Part shown: one piece after another, positions 1 to 15,000 of the stretch | Position numbering within the stretch: position 1 is the stretch's first letter | Layout of the letters: every line of letters starts with the position of its first letter | Assembly: GCA_002423385.1 (NCBI GenBank) | Contig: DIVV01000217.1 | Coordinates: forward strand, 8,781-72,780 | Direction: 5' to 3' | Source of the DNA: a bacterium UBP16_UBA6123 | GTDB lineage: Bacteria; Muiribacteriota; UBA9980 | Length of the DNA stretch: 64,000 nucleotides | Notes under the pieces: generated by a model | The model's database searches: none | What the model saw: the letters and a program-made list of their open reading frames with translations, nothing else | What the model was told of the DNA's origin: nothing | Program-made: the position numbers and the translations under genes

Positions 1-1
1 G

Positions 2-3000
2 GTTCCGGCGACGCAGTTTGACGGCACTAACGTTAACAGCCGCGATCTTACATTAGCGGTTAACGCGATCGATGATCTTGCGCCTGTAACGCCCAATAAA
101 AATATAGCACAGACATTCACGGCGGTAAATATAATCGATTGTGCTCTGCCTTACTTACTTTCGATCGAAACTATCGATAATAATACCAATGGTAAAATTG
201 ATTATTTAAAGTATACATACAGTGAACCTGTAAAAGACACCACTTACGCTAACCGCGGCTCGAGTGTTACGACAGCCGGCAATGGCGCCGGTAAGCTCGG
301 TACGCCTGTTATTGCTTCTATAACGGCTGCGGGCACTCCGACGGGAAATGTCGTTGACGATGCAACCATATTTATGGTTGTCAACGAGAATACTGAGCCT
401 ACGGCCTATAATACCGGAGTGACCGGTAATTTTACTTCACATTCAACGCCTGAGCCTTATTCATTCGCTTCTAAATTCGGAACCACCGGCACTGGAAACG
501 GGCAGTTAACTGCTCCCCGTGATATTGTGGTAGATTCGGGTGGAAACATTTATGTAACCGAGTGGACTAATAACCGTGTTCATAAATTCAGCGCTGCCGG
601 TGTCTATATCGATAAATGGGGCGGCACTGTCGCTGGAACCGGTGATAAGCAATTCGACAGGCCTGATGGTATTGCCATCGATTCCGAAAATTGTATTTAT
701 GTTGCCGACAGATATAATCATAGAATACAAAAGTTCGATTCACAGGGTAATTTTATTACTAAATGGGGTAAAAACGAAGGAGCCGGCGGAGCAGGAGCGG
801 CAAGCGCCGTTGCGGGCGAGTTCAATCAACCGGTAGGTATATGTGTTGATAAAAATGACACTATTTATGTCGTCGATTATTCAAATAAGCGAGTTCAAAA
901 ATTTAATAAAAATGGCGGTTTCGTCGAAGCCGTTATCACTGCCGGCCTTACTGGCCCGCAAGGTGTGGCAGTCGATAACGACGGAAATATATTCGTCGCT
1001 GAATACGACGGCGCCGATGGTAATCAAATCAAAAAATTTAACAGCTCCGGCGTTTTTCAAACTTCATGGGGTGCGACCGGGGCCGCTGATGGTGAGTTTT
1101 CCGGCCTGGTTTATATCAAAGTCGATAAATTTGGCAATGTTTACAGTGGTGAAATCACCAATAAGCGCGTTCAAAAATTTACTAACGCCGGCGTTTTTGT
1201 CACAAAATTTGGAACGGGACCCGGAACCGACGACGGACAGTTTGCCGGTGTTATGGGCGTATTTGTGGATAAAAACCAGAATGTATATGCAGTGGATATG
1301 ACTACTAATAACCGTGTTCAGGTATTTAGAAACGGCATGATCAAAGATATCGCCGGTAACAACATGGTGCCGGTTTCCGCCTTCGCGCTTACCGATAAAG
1401 CCTGCCCTGTCGTGCTTAATACGACTTCCACCACTCCCGACGGCTGGTATAAGGCAGGTTCGGCTGTTAATGTCAGCGTGCAGTTCAGTGAAACTATGAC
1501 CGTTAATACAGGCGACGGCTCGCCTTATATTATCCTTAAAATGGACGGGCCCGGCCCGAACAGATGGGCCGTATATAACGGCGGTTCAACCACCGATACG
1601 CTTTCATTCGGTTATACTATAGTCGATACCGTTGGCACTGAGGATAATGCGGCCGACCTCGACTATAACGAAACTACTTCGCTTAAGTTGAACGGCAGTC
1701 TCATAACGGACGCCGCGCCTGTGGCAAATACGGCCATTGTAACGCTTAAAACGCCCGGCGCCGCCGGCTCGCTCGGCTTTAATAAAGCTATAGTTATCGA
1801 TACGATCAAGCCGACCGTAGTTGCGATGCATACGCTGGATACCAATGGCGACGGCATTACAGACGCGCTTGAAATTGAATTCAGCGAAAGTATCAAAGAC
1901 ACGGTTACCGCCGACTGGGTGCAGGATTGCAGCGTCACGCCCGCTAACTTCGCTATGGACGAAACCGGTCAGGTTGGCTGGGACGCATTTGACGGGTTCA
2001 GTACGACCGTTACTTCAGTGACTCCATTGAATTCGACTATTAACGATAAATATATACGCCTTACAATATCTGTGCCTGCGCTGTCTGCTATAACCACTAC
2101 CGGTATCATGGATTTTAAATACACCGCCGGCACTCTCGCCGACTGGGCCGGTAATATCATGGATACTTGCGCCGCGGCGGCCGCTGTCGATAAAGCACAG
2201 CCACGCGTTAAAAATATTACTTCGGCTAATGCCGACGGCAAGTACCGTACAGGCAGAGGTATAGAAGTAAATGTAGAATTCTCCGAAGTCGTCATTAGGA
2301 CCGGAACGCCGCGCATACTTCTTGAAACCGGTGCGACCGATAGATATAATAATTATTCAGCCGGTTCAGATACCAGTATTTTATCTTTTGACCCTTATAC
2401 CGTTCAAATGGATGATGAAAGCGCCGATCTTGATTATAAAGCGACGACCGCGCTCGAGCTGAATCTCGGCACCATCAAAGATAAATCGACCACTCCGAAT
2501 GACGCCGTTTTAACTCTTCCCGCTCCCGGCGCGGCAGGCTCGCTCGGCGCTAATAAAGCCATAATTATCGACGGTAAAATACCTCCTGTTGCAGCTGGAA
2601 TGGCTTTCACGCCGCTCGATTTTACGGGCGCCGATACCATAAAATGGACGAAAAGCTCCACGCCTCAGATAACATGGACCGCTGTCGGCGCAGATAATGG
2701 CCCTGCGGGTTATCCGGCTGACGGTAAAAAATACAGAATAATATTTACCAACAGCACTCAGGGCGTAGCCGATCCATTGGGCGCCGATCCTGATACGGTC
2801 GTCAACGACGGCACCAATCGTATAGATTCCGGCTGGATAATACCCGAAAATTATACGCCCACGCTCGCTAACGGCGAGTATCGCTATAGAATTTACGTAA
2901 AGGACGATGCTTCTACAACCTCGCCAACCGGTAATGGTAATGTTTCATTTACAGCTATTCAAAAAATGCGAGTCGATTTAAGCCAGCCTGACGCCGTACC

Positions 3001-6000
3001 GACGGCTAATGCTGAAATTAAAAAAAGCACGGGCTCCTTTACCAGCATTAACACATATTACACGAATCTCGATTCAAACTACATAAGAAGCACCATAGAT
3101 GTAAGTGATAACGGTAATCCTGCTTCAAATTTCAATACGGCGGCTAAATACAGGGTTATAATTTGTGAAAACGCCGATCCCGGAACCGGCGTATTGTTTG
3201 ACACAGCGCATCCGATGGCGGGTTCGGTTTTTGATTCCAACTGGATATCCTATGCAACCTTTAACGCCGGTTATAATTTCAATTTTGCCGCTAAGACCGA
3301 AACTTATTATAAATGGCGCGTTTACACTAAAGATAACGTCGGCAATGTTAATTATTCAACCGTTAAGGATGTTTACTACGATATACAAAAACCTTCCGAA
3401 CCTTCGCTAACATTGAAAGTTGCAGATAAACATTACGCTGATCCTTCCGATTTTTACTGGACTAAAAATAATCAGCCCGGCTTTACCGGCACCGTCGTTA
3501 CCGATACGCCAGTCGGGCTTGACGGTTCAGGGCTTCATTCCGCCGGCGCTTACAGGTTTTTGATCTACACCACGCAGACGCCTAAACCTGCTGACGAAGA
3601 TTCATTTACGCTTGTTCCGGCCAATGTGGCTTACGATACAGGTTGGGCGGCTTCTACGACCGATTTCGCCCCGGCCGCCGCTCTGGCTAACGGCACTTAT
3701 TACTGCCGCATCTATGTCCGCGATAACGCGGGTAATATAAATTATTCAAACAATACAAATGCGGCCGAAAGCTGTAATGCTAACGGTGATCTTATAATTA
3801 AAGTTGACGTCACCGCGCCTTCGATTAGTGCCAATAATTTTTCGCCGCATGCCTGGGTTGATTCTATTAATCCAACTTTCGGACAGGTAGTCGATAATTC
3901 ACCTACTTCAGAGCAGCAAAAAGCGGGTTCCGAAGTTACCAGCAGCGATGGCGCCGGTTCTGGCATCAAATCATACAGAATACAGGCTGGTGTTGGTTTC
4001 AGCGCGTGGGATATCGGCGTTGAATATGATTCCGGCATTATTTTAACCGGGTTGACTACTATGCCAGCGCGTACAACCAATGTTAACGGCGGCGACGCCG
4101 GGTTTATAACTAAAACTTTCGCCGACGGCAATTTAGTTAAATGGATGGTACGCATTGAAGATAATGTAGGCAATGTTCGGTATACACCTACACCCACACC
4201 GTTGGTTATGACCTTCGGTATCGAAGATCAAAATCCTAACGCAGTCACGCATAATTTCCCCGGAAACGATCTGTGGATAAGCAAAAATACATTCGATGTC
4301 AAATGGAACCCGGGTACCGATGTCGGAACTGCCGGAGCCGGCCATTATATCGTTTATGTTGCCAGTGCTGATTTTGCGGGCAGCGATCCGGCCGGCTGGA
4401 GTATTATACATAATTCGGCTAATTTAATTCCGACCGTGAATAATCCCGAATTATGGACCGTTCCGGTTATGGCGCTGGCGACTTATGAAGGCAAGACCAT
4501 TTACTGGAAGGTAAGATTTTACGATAAAGCGCTCAACTATACCGATTCAGCCACGACAACTTTTAAAATCGATATGACCAAACCGACCGTTGCGCTCAAT
4601 GCGCCCACCGTGTCCGGTGCCGAACAGGCGCCGCAGTCTATAACCGGCACTTCACACTGGGTGAATACACGCACGCCTAAACTTAACTGGAGCGCGCAGA
4701 CCGATCCTGACGGCGCGGCGGGCCAGCCGGGTTCGGGTTGGCAGGTTGCCGGTCAGTACGGCGCGACCTACGCTTATAAACTTGAGATATCGACCACTAA
4801 TTTCGGCGCTATTTTCTGGGATAACGGCGTTCTGGGCACCAATCCGCTCGATGTTAATCACATCATTCCCGCCGGCGCTTCGCTCGTCGATAGCACATTT
4901 TACTATTATCGCGTCCGCTTTTTCGATAAAGGCGGCCAGGCCGAAGCCATAGACGGCAATTTCAATACGACTCCCGTATGGAGCGTTAAATGCGATATAA
5001 CTAAACCGCAAAAACCAGTTCTCGTATGGCCGGGCGATGCGGCCGGAACCGAATGGATAAGCGCGGCGAAGCCGCTTCTGCACTGGAGAGGCGGCGACGA
5101 TAACGATGGCCTTGCGACTCCGAAACCCGGTATCGGCACCAAGGAAGTAATCGTGCAGATCGCTACAGATGCGGCGTTTGCCGATCTCGTTTTAAACAAA
5201 ACTATTAATTATACCGGCACGCCTGCCGCGCTTGACACCTATCAGATGGCCGCAGTCGATCCATCGCTTGCTGAAAGCACTTATTATTACTGGCGCGTTG
5301 CCGTTAAAGATAAATTCCTTCAGCAGTCCGACTGGTCCGATGTGTTCAGGTTCCGATGCGATTTCACGAAGCCGACGGCCGCCGTTCTCGACGGGCCCGG
5401 TAATATATATCCGCCTGGCAATACCAGCGAGGACGCATACTGGATAAATACACGAACTCCTACATTTAAGTGGACGCCGCCCGTCGATGTTGACGTAAGC
5501 GGCCAGTGCGCCGGTATGGCAAGCGTCGAAATACAGATTTCGAATAATGTTACCGTCGTAGGGAGCGATGTTACATTTAACTCTTATTTTTACACGAAGA
5601 AACTTATGAAGGGTGAACTGGCTTACGAAAATGGCGAATTCACCCTGCCCGACCCGAATAAGCTATCCGGTAACGGACCTTATTACTGGCGCGTTATTTC
5701 TTACGATAAAGCCAATAATCCAGTCGCTAATAAAACTATTTCCGATGTTTTCGTTTTCAGCATGGACTTCGTGCCGCCTGATTATTTTTCGATCAATCAC
5801 GAATACGCCGATAGCGGCAGCGTTAATTTAACTGTGCTCAGAATAAGGCCTGTGGGCCCGAATAAAACTACCGGTGACGCCTACGACGAAGTCGCCGATT
5901 TGTTTACGGGCGTCGCGACCGCCGGTATCAGTAAAATTCAATACTGGTACAGAAAACATCCTTCTACGACATGGACGATGGCCGGCTGGACCGATGAAGT

Positions 6001-9000
6001 TAATATGGTGTATGAAGTAGTGCTTCCCGATAGCGGTGTTTATGATATCGGCGCTAAATTATTCGATCGCTCCGGCAACGTCAGAGGCTGGGATTATGTG
6101 AATGACGGCCAGGATAACCAGGGTTTCTTTTCTTCATATCATTATAGAGCAGGTGCGAGCGACACTAATGAACTACGCCTGCGCCGTATCGATCAGTCGA
6201 TATTTAATGATTGGGGCAATGAATCACCGACTTCGTTATTGCCGGCCGACGGTGGTTATAGTAACTGGATCGTTCCGCCTAATGATTTTATAGTCCACTG
6301 GAGCGGGCAGTATTATGTTTCTACGGCGGGTATCCATACTTTCCGCACAACGACCGACGATGGCGTCAGGTTTTATATCAACGACACAATTAGAATCAAT
6401 AAGTGGATAGACCAGGGGCCTACTCCTTATACAACCGATCCGAATTTATCCGTCGGCTGGCATAAACTCGATATGTATTATTATGAAAAAGGCGGCGGCG
6501 CCACCGCTAAACTCGAAGTTGACCTGCCCGGCGGCGGCACTACATATTTACCGGTTCAGATACCTGATGTCCGGTCGCAAAACCCCGACGCTATCATAAC
6601 CGACTTAAGGGTTGACGCACAGCCGCCTGAAAGTAAATTTCCTTCTCTTCTTTCCTATACCAGCGATGATATATTCAATGTCGCCTGGAAGGTCGAGGAT
6701 ACATTTGAAATGACCACCGATAATAAGTTTAAGCGTAATTTCGAAGACCTCGGCCTCGGCGGGTTTAAAAATAAAACCGCGAATTGCGCCGATATTAAAA
6801 ATACCGATGGTGTGGGGCTGGCGCGCGCTTATGATAATAAGCGCTGCTTAGTAGTTAAAAAAGGCACCAATAATTCGGTAATAGATTTTTTTACGCCAGT
6901 GGATGGGTCAACTACTTATAACCTTTCAACCTATAAGTATGTAAGTTTCGCATACTGTACTTCCGGTCCTGTCAAATTTGATTTAATCGCAACTATTACG
7001 GTTAACAACAGGACGGGTTTGTATGTTATTCAAACCTGCACCGATCCCGTAATCATTAATAAAACTGTCGCCGAAAATCCGGGTGTCGGCCTCGGCGTGG
7101 CGCCATGGGGACTTGCTGAATTTTCAGGTAAAACACCTAATTTTAGAAATGATGAAAACTGGCATACCGTTACTATTAATCTGTACGAACAGATCAAACT
7201 CAAATACGGCAAAGTTTCCGCCGACAGCGCTCTGCTTCGCTCCGTTTATTTTTACGGCGAAAATCCTTCCGATGATGCCGCGATATATATAGATAATTTC
7301 TCTCTGTCGAGTAAAGGTATGGCGCAATCTAATGTAGATTTCAGAGACGGCTGGCATGGTAAATGGACGCGCTGGGAAGACGATACCTATTCAAATACCA
7401 TAACTTCATATAATCGCGATTTTGAAGAGGCGCAGGACGGCTCCGTTTATTTCTTCCGCGGCCGCGCTATCGATAATGCGGGTAATATGGAACCGGCAAC
7501 AACCGCCGCCGATGAAAATAATTACAACCCGCCGCGAATTTCAATAGTTAAATCGCCGCCCGATCCGCCTACTAACTTAAGATGGCAGGCGCTTGACGCT
7601 GACGGTGTCACATGGGTGGAGGCTCGTAATTCAAATGCCAATCTTACCGACCCGAAGAACCGTAAAATAAGGGCGGCATGGGACCCGCCTAAAGATCCGT
7701 CAGGAATTAATGACTATTACATCCAGGTTGCCACGAGTGAAACTTTCACAACTAAAAGTTTGGTGAGCGCTCATACTAAATGGCTTACGAAAGCCGCGCC
7801 GGTTTTTGTTATTAATGACAGCTTCAATTCGGGTATCGATGCAGCTACCTGGCCGGTTAACGAACCGCCGTTTGTCAATAATAAAGGAGCCGCTTATTTT
7901 GACGGCGCTAATAAAGATAATAAAAAGTTAATATCTAAAGAATTTAACCTGGCATCGTATAACGACTACAGTTACGCGGCTTTTGAATTTAACGCATATT
8001 TCGACTCGGAAGACGCTAATGATTATATGCAGGTCGGAATTCAGTATTACGATAATAACACATCATCATGGGTTACCGATAAGTTTCTGGAGCTTAAACA
8101 GACCACGCAAAAATGGAAATTTAAATCTTACGTTATAAGCCATTACATAGGCAAGCGTATTAAAATATATGTCAATGTAAAAGCCGATGCTAATTCGCCA
8201 AACCCTAAGGCCGGTATCGATAATGTTAAAATATGGGTTGAGAAAAATTGCTATGAATTTACAGGTATCGACCAGACTATATATTACTTCAGGCTTCTAT
8301 CTAAAAATAACGCCGGATTCAGCAAACCGACGACTATCACCGATAGCTACCGCTCGTATTTTTCGACCGCGAAGGGCGACACTATAGGCACTAACGAAAC
8401 AAGCGTATCGCCCGCCAACTGGAACAGCCTTAATATTACAAACGATAAATTAGTAAGCGACTGGGGCTGGGGCACTACCGAGTTAATGACAGTTTATAAG
8501 GAAACTAATATATTTCAGGACAGTTTTGAAACGGGTATAAAGGCCGCAAACTGGCCGACTGTTGGCTCCCACTTTAAATATAACAATTCAATTGGTTGTG
8601 TTGAAAATACTACTGAAATTAAAACTGGTGGCGCAGCCGATAGCATACTGACTGAGGAAATGATATCTAAAGAATTTAGTCTTGCAGGCTATGACCGGGC
8701 TACAATGGAATGTAATGTTGCATATAAATTTGCTGACGTTAATACTCCTAACGACAGGGCGACGATCAGTGTTGAATATAAAGATGGCACTAACTGGATT
8801 ATAGACCAGTCATCTTATTATGATAAAAACACATCTGATCAGTTCAGTGGTGCATCTCCCAATTTAACAGATTGGCGTTCCGTGTCTTTAAATTTATCAA
8901 GTTCCTTAGGTAAAACCGCCGTACGAATCCGTATAATCGTTACCGCAAATAAAACTGCTCTTAATCCCATGGTTTATCTTGACAACTTCATGCTTAACGC

Positions 9001-12000
9001 CGCTAAAAAAGTCAACTCGAAGATCGCCGAAACTTTCTATGAAGATAACTTCGATACGGCTATAAGCTCCGACTGGACCAACGGCGATACCGGCGTGTTC
9101 AAGTGGCAGGACAGCGGTTATGATAAAACAAACGACGGCCATGTGCATATTGAAGCGACGGCTAACGTCAATAATAAAAAACTTACTTCTAAAATATTTG
9201 ATCTGTCAAAAACTTACGAAGGCTCGGCTGAATGTCTCATTTACCTTGATACTAATGATAGCGCTGATTCGATTAAATTCGCAGTTGAATATAAAAAAGG
9301 CGCAACGTGGACCGAAGATCAGAGTGAAACCATTAAAACCAATTCAGTCAACTGGAAAAAATTTGAGCTGCCTTTTAAAGACGCGCTCGGCAAATCTCAA
9401 GTCAGAGTGGTGTTTACGGCATATACGAATAACCAGCCGCTCAAGATAGGTATAGATAACTTTAAAATGACGCGCGGCAGCCAGTATATATTCAAGCAGG
9501 GCGATACCACTTCAAGTTTTTACAGGCGTGAAATTAAATTTTCTAAATATTCCAAAGGTAAAAAAATCACTATTTCAACGCAGGGCACGGCTAACTACTC
9601 GATATACGTAAATGGCGGTGAAATTTTAAATGGCAGCGATATAGCCACCGACGAAGTTAAGACATTTTCCAACCCGTACGACTTTAATTTCGGCGACGAC
9701 GATACATGCTGCGTAGTTACCTTTAAACTCACTAACACTAAATTCGATGAATTCAATTCGCCGGCTATTTCTTATAAAGTAACAGTTGATGAAAAGATGA
9801 AAGGCATAGTCGATACAACGCCGCCGCGGCCGATGAACCTTGTCGCTTACGCCAAAAGCGGTAAAAATATCGATAAAAAAGGCAATCCGTCGCCGTTCCA
9901 GTATTCAAAAGATTTTATAGTAACTACCGATTCATCCGATATAAGCGGTATTAGAAGATGCTACTATAAGGTGTGGTCCTATACCAATGCGGCCCTCGGC
10001 GGTAAAAACGCCCCGGCGAGCGATGTCGATTATACCGGTTACATAGATTTCCCGGCTACCGAAAAAACCGATAACACTATTAACATAGATGTAACCGTTG
10101 CTTTAGCGACTGAAGATTCATCGGGCCGCGAAACATGCAGCGTGTGGTTCGTCGATAATAACGATATCAACGGTTTTGATTACAGGGAAGAAGTATTGCT
10201 TCGCGTTGACCGCCAGAAACCGCCTAAACCGGTTCTGCTTAAATTTAAAGCGGATAACGGAGTCGAATATGTCCATACGACTATATGGGACCAGAAGAAA
10301 CCTACTTTCAGATGGGAAAAATCAGTTGATCCTAAATTTAACAATACGCATTTGAGCTCTGCGACTTTGATGGATGAGTCCGGCACCGGCCATTACCAGT
10401 TGCAATTAACTACTACGGACGATTTTGCTAAATCCGATCTCGAAGTTTTCATTAAAAATGATGAAACTATATTTACACAAGAAGTTAATTTCGTGCCTAA
10501 AGATAATCTGCCGATGGGTGATTATAAATGGCGCGTAAGGGCTATTGACTCTCTTACCGATACTACCGAGCTGAATTTTTCAGCCTGGTCGGATACAGGC
10601 GAGCTCCATTTAGACTTTCACCCGCCTGATTCTTATGTATTGATACCGCCGCCGGACGGCCCGTATTATCGCGAAACCGATAACGTCGAATTTCTGCCAA
10701 GCGTATATTTTTCGATAGTGCAGACCGATCATGCAAATAAATGGCATAAAATACTCAGTAAAATGGCGACCGGCAATACTACTACACCTGTTGAATTAAC
10801 CGACCTTACTCTCGACGACGATAAGCCGCGCGTCGATAGAGACGGTAATTACATCGTATTTGAAAGAAAAAATGCCGATAAATCCGAAATTTGCTATATG
10901 GAGTCGAGCGGTGAAAACGCGTTGATTCTTTCAAGACAAACTTATGATACTAAAAATTTATCGTCCGGCGATAAGATCAAGTATAGCGGTACCGTTAAGG
11001 CTACCGCGACTGGCGATTGTTATCAAAACTATATATTCTCGACTAAAGAAATCGCTCTCACAAGTGATCAGACCGGATTGTATATTGAATATGATTACTA
11101 CGCAGACACGACCGGCGCCGGTATATGCGGTATCAACATAATGTATGAAACAACCTCCGTCAGCTATGGCGTTAACGGCAAGTGGGAATTAAGGCTCGAT
11201 CCGGCGTGGCCCGCTACGGTTAAACCTTCCGCCGACCTCGGAACGGCACATCATAATAAATGGCAGCACCGTAAGATCGAAATACCATCAACTTTAATGA
11301 TAAACGAAGTCGCTATTAAAACCTGGGAAGTTTCATTCGAAAATGATACGCCGGGTAAAAGCATAAACGCTTATTATGATAATATCACAATAACCAATTC
11401 TGACGGCCGTATTCAAAACGCTATTTATTCACGCGGCCCGCTTGAATTTACTCAGGCTTCCGATTATTACAACAATTATGAAAATTACTCAGTTTCGATT
11501 GAAAAAGAGAGAATAACCAACGAAGAAATCAACATTAAAGTCACTAAAGATAAGTCGCCTGATATTTCTTCGAACGGCCGTAAAGTTATATTTTCATCGT
11601 TTGACGGCTACAGGCGTTATCGTCTTAAAATAAGCGAGGCGCCGTCCGGCTATACGGTTAAAGCTAATATACTCGATGATACGGCAAAAGGTATTTTTGA
11701 TTCCTCGATGGATAATGGCGATGACTTTAGAATTATATGGCAAAACTACGACATTGCCACTTCTAAAACGGTTGAAGTCGATCTTGACAGATATCTTGAA
11801 AAATTCACCGCCGATGAAATAATCGTATGGTTTAAAATACAGGAAAGCGCTGGCTGGAGCGGTGGGCTTTCAAATTATTACGTTGAATACGGCCGTAATA
11901 AAGTGGGTCTTCCGCCGACGGATTACACTAAAGTTTATAAATATTATGACGATTTCAACGAATATTTTGACACTTCTAAGTGGAAAGCGATAGGTAAAGC

Positions 12001-15000
12001 CGTGTGGCAGAACGATGGAACCGTTAAGCTGCCTGACGCCGAAAATTCAGCTTCAGGTAATGGTTTCTATTCAGTCGATCAGTTCGAACCTGGAATCGGC
12101 GTGCTTATGTATATGAAAACCGAATTCGTAACAAGTGAAATACGCCTTGGTTTTTCAAACTCAGATTTCAGTAATGCTTTTGTGTTCCGTTCAGATGATC
12201 TTGATCAATATCTGCAGGCGTATTATGAAGTATCGGCCAAGAAAGCCGTATGGGCCAATGACGACAGAGTTACGCCTTCGGTTTATCAGTGGATAACTCA
12301 CCCTACTGGCTTAGAATCGATTGAAAACAACCTGGTTAATTATCCGTCTAGTGCCGCGTTTGCCGATGATAGCGGAAAATTTAATACTTACGCGCTTTCA
12401 TGGATGAAACGCTCGGGCGATTCGGTTAATAAATTAAGGTGGTATTATAACACCGATACATTCCCCGATCCGTCAGATTCAACTCCGACTTATGATCTCG
12501 ACAGTGGAAGTTTGCCGTTGTATTTCATGAATAAAAACTCCACTTCTTCCGTTTATATAGATAAGGTCATAGTAAGACTGCTTCTTGAAGAAGAACCGAC
12601 TGTCGAAGTCGATACTAACGAAAGCACTACGACCGGCCGTTACGAGCTTGCAGTCGTTAATATCGAACGCGGCAACAACGATAACGGCATGAAACTTATA
12701 ACTAAAAACTCCGATTATGACCGTATTAACCCGAGAATCAGCCCCGACGGATCTAAAATTGTATATATGGCCGATGTCGGCGACGATCAGTATGATGTTT
12801 ATCTCATCGATACTAACGGCGCTAATAATACGAAATTGACGACTTATTCCGCTAATGATAAAGATCCGACTTTCTCGCCTGACGGTAAAAAAATAATATA
12901 TCTTCAGGACACCGATGCGGTTACCATAGGCGCCGGTACTCTTGACGGAACGGTAAGTATCATTATGACCATGAATTTAGATGGCACCGAACAGCAGTGG
13001 ATCGAAACGCTTACTCCGTCCGATAAGTGGAATTTCAGGTCGCCTGTTTACGGCCCCGTCGGCGATCGTATTTATTACGCGCGCGTTTCCGATTCGGATA
13101 ATTATGAGGTTTACTGCCTGTGGGCGCGCGATTCATATCTTGGTAAAACTATTGAAAATTCCGAAGACCTTGTCGAAGATCAAATATCGGAACTCGACAC
13201 CGCTCAGGACGCCGATTATATTTCAATCGAAGGACTTAAGAAAATAGGCTGGTATTATTCGAAGCCTTCAATCAAGGTTTATGCCCGCGACGCGGAAGGC
13301 CATGGCGCGCGAATATATCATAACTGGACCGGCGATTCGCTTGAAAATAATCTGTACAGCGCTTCCACTACCGGCGTCGGCCTGATATCATACGATGTGC
13401 CTTATTATATGCCGGACGACCATGAATATCGCGAGCAGCTCAGTTTCTTAGCGACCGATGTTAACGTTCATCCGTCTGATGAATACTTTGTCGATAAACA
13501 GGATTCAGGTAACGTCGAACTTGCGCATAAACTTATACCGCTTATAGATGACGCCGCGCCCGCCAGCGACATACGCATTCATATCGTTGACCGTGACGGC
13601 GCCACGGTAGGCGTCGATAAGGACAACCGGCTTGAATATACTTCTGAAACGACGCTTGGCAGCAAAAATGGTTACGGCGGCGATAACGTTTTAAAGACGG
13701 CCGAAGTAAGTTTATTAGTAGCCGTCGATAGTAAATATTCCGACTGGGTTTATATTTCTAATTATGAAACCGCTCCCGTCGGATTCCATCCCGAAGGCGC
13801 CGCGCCGCTTGGTTATGAAACCGAGCCTGTCAGCCTGGATGTAAGCGAAACTTCGAATATATGGCTCAGATCTGAAAAGGCCGCCGAGTATTTTTACCCG
13901 GAATTAAAATGGACTTTGAAAGATACCGCGGAATCAGGACTAAAAAAAATATACACATGGTACGGTTCCGAAGGCCGCGTCATTAAAATGGTATCTGAAG
14001 AAATATACCTGGTCACCGATATACCGCTGCTTTATAAAGAAAGAGTTTATGTGACTACTAATTCTAATTTTGCGCTTGGAACCATGGGCAGTAATATTAG
14101 AGTTGAAAATGACAGTATCTACATTGAAAAAGCCAACTCCGGTACTTATGAGACGCCGATAATGAATCTGGGCTCGCATATTACCGATTTAACCAAATTA
14201 TACTGGATAAGCGAAACCGGCTCGGATACTACCGCCGTTGCGACTAAACCGGTTAAATCGATTCAATTGAGGCGCGGCACCACTAAAAATCCGTCGGCTT
14301 CCTCCTGGACCGATTGGATAACCGTCGGCGACACGATGCTCGAAGACGCCACTTCTGAAATCGACATATCCATGGGCGTTACAGGCGTATTTTTTGAACT
14401 CGAAGATAAAACCCAGGGCTGGCCCGTGGGTTCTGACGAGGTCGTTTACGTTCAGGCCCGTTTCGGTCTCGCGGGATATCTCAGAATTACCGAAATAGGT
14501 TTTGCTTACGACCGATGCGCTGATGGATTGCGCGCTTATGACGACGATCCTAACGTGGATACCGCTCCAGTGTGGTTCAGCGTGTATCGAACCATGCCGC
14601 GTATGACTTTCGGTTATAACACTAAATCGTCTTTTGATAATCCAATGAATATAAGATATTATTGGAAAAATTCAAGAGGAAAGTCGGGCGGCTCCGTTGA
14701 CGAACCGCTTACGCTCGATTACAACTCGGTTTTAACGCCTGGAAGTATTTCAGTTCAATTGATCGGATCTACTTATCAAGACTATGCGGGCACTAAATAT
14801 AACCCGTCAGGCACTATAAGTGTCGCGCTCGATACAGCTAAAACTCAGGAAATAGTTCTTGATACCGGTTTTGTTGACGGTTCCTTCGAAATTACCGTAT
14901 GGGCGATAGATCTTGCGGCGAATGAAACGACAAAAGAAACTTACGTATTTTACGTGAATAATTCACCGATAAGCGAGCCTGAACTTGATATAAGCCGTTC

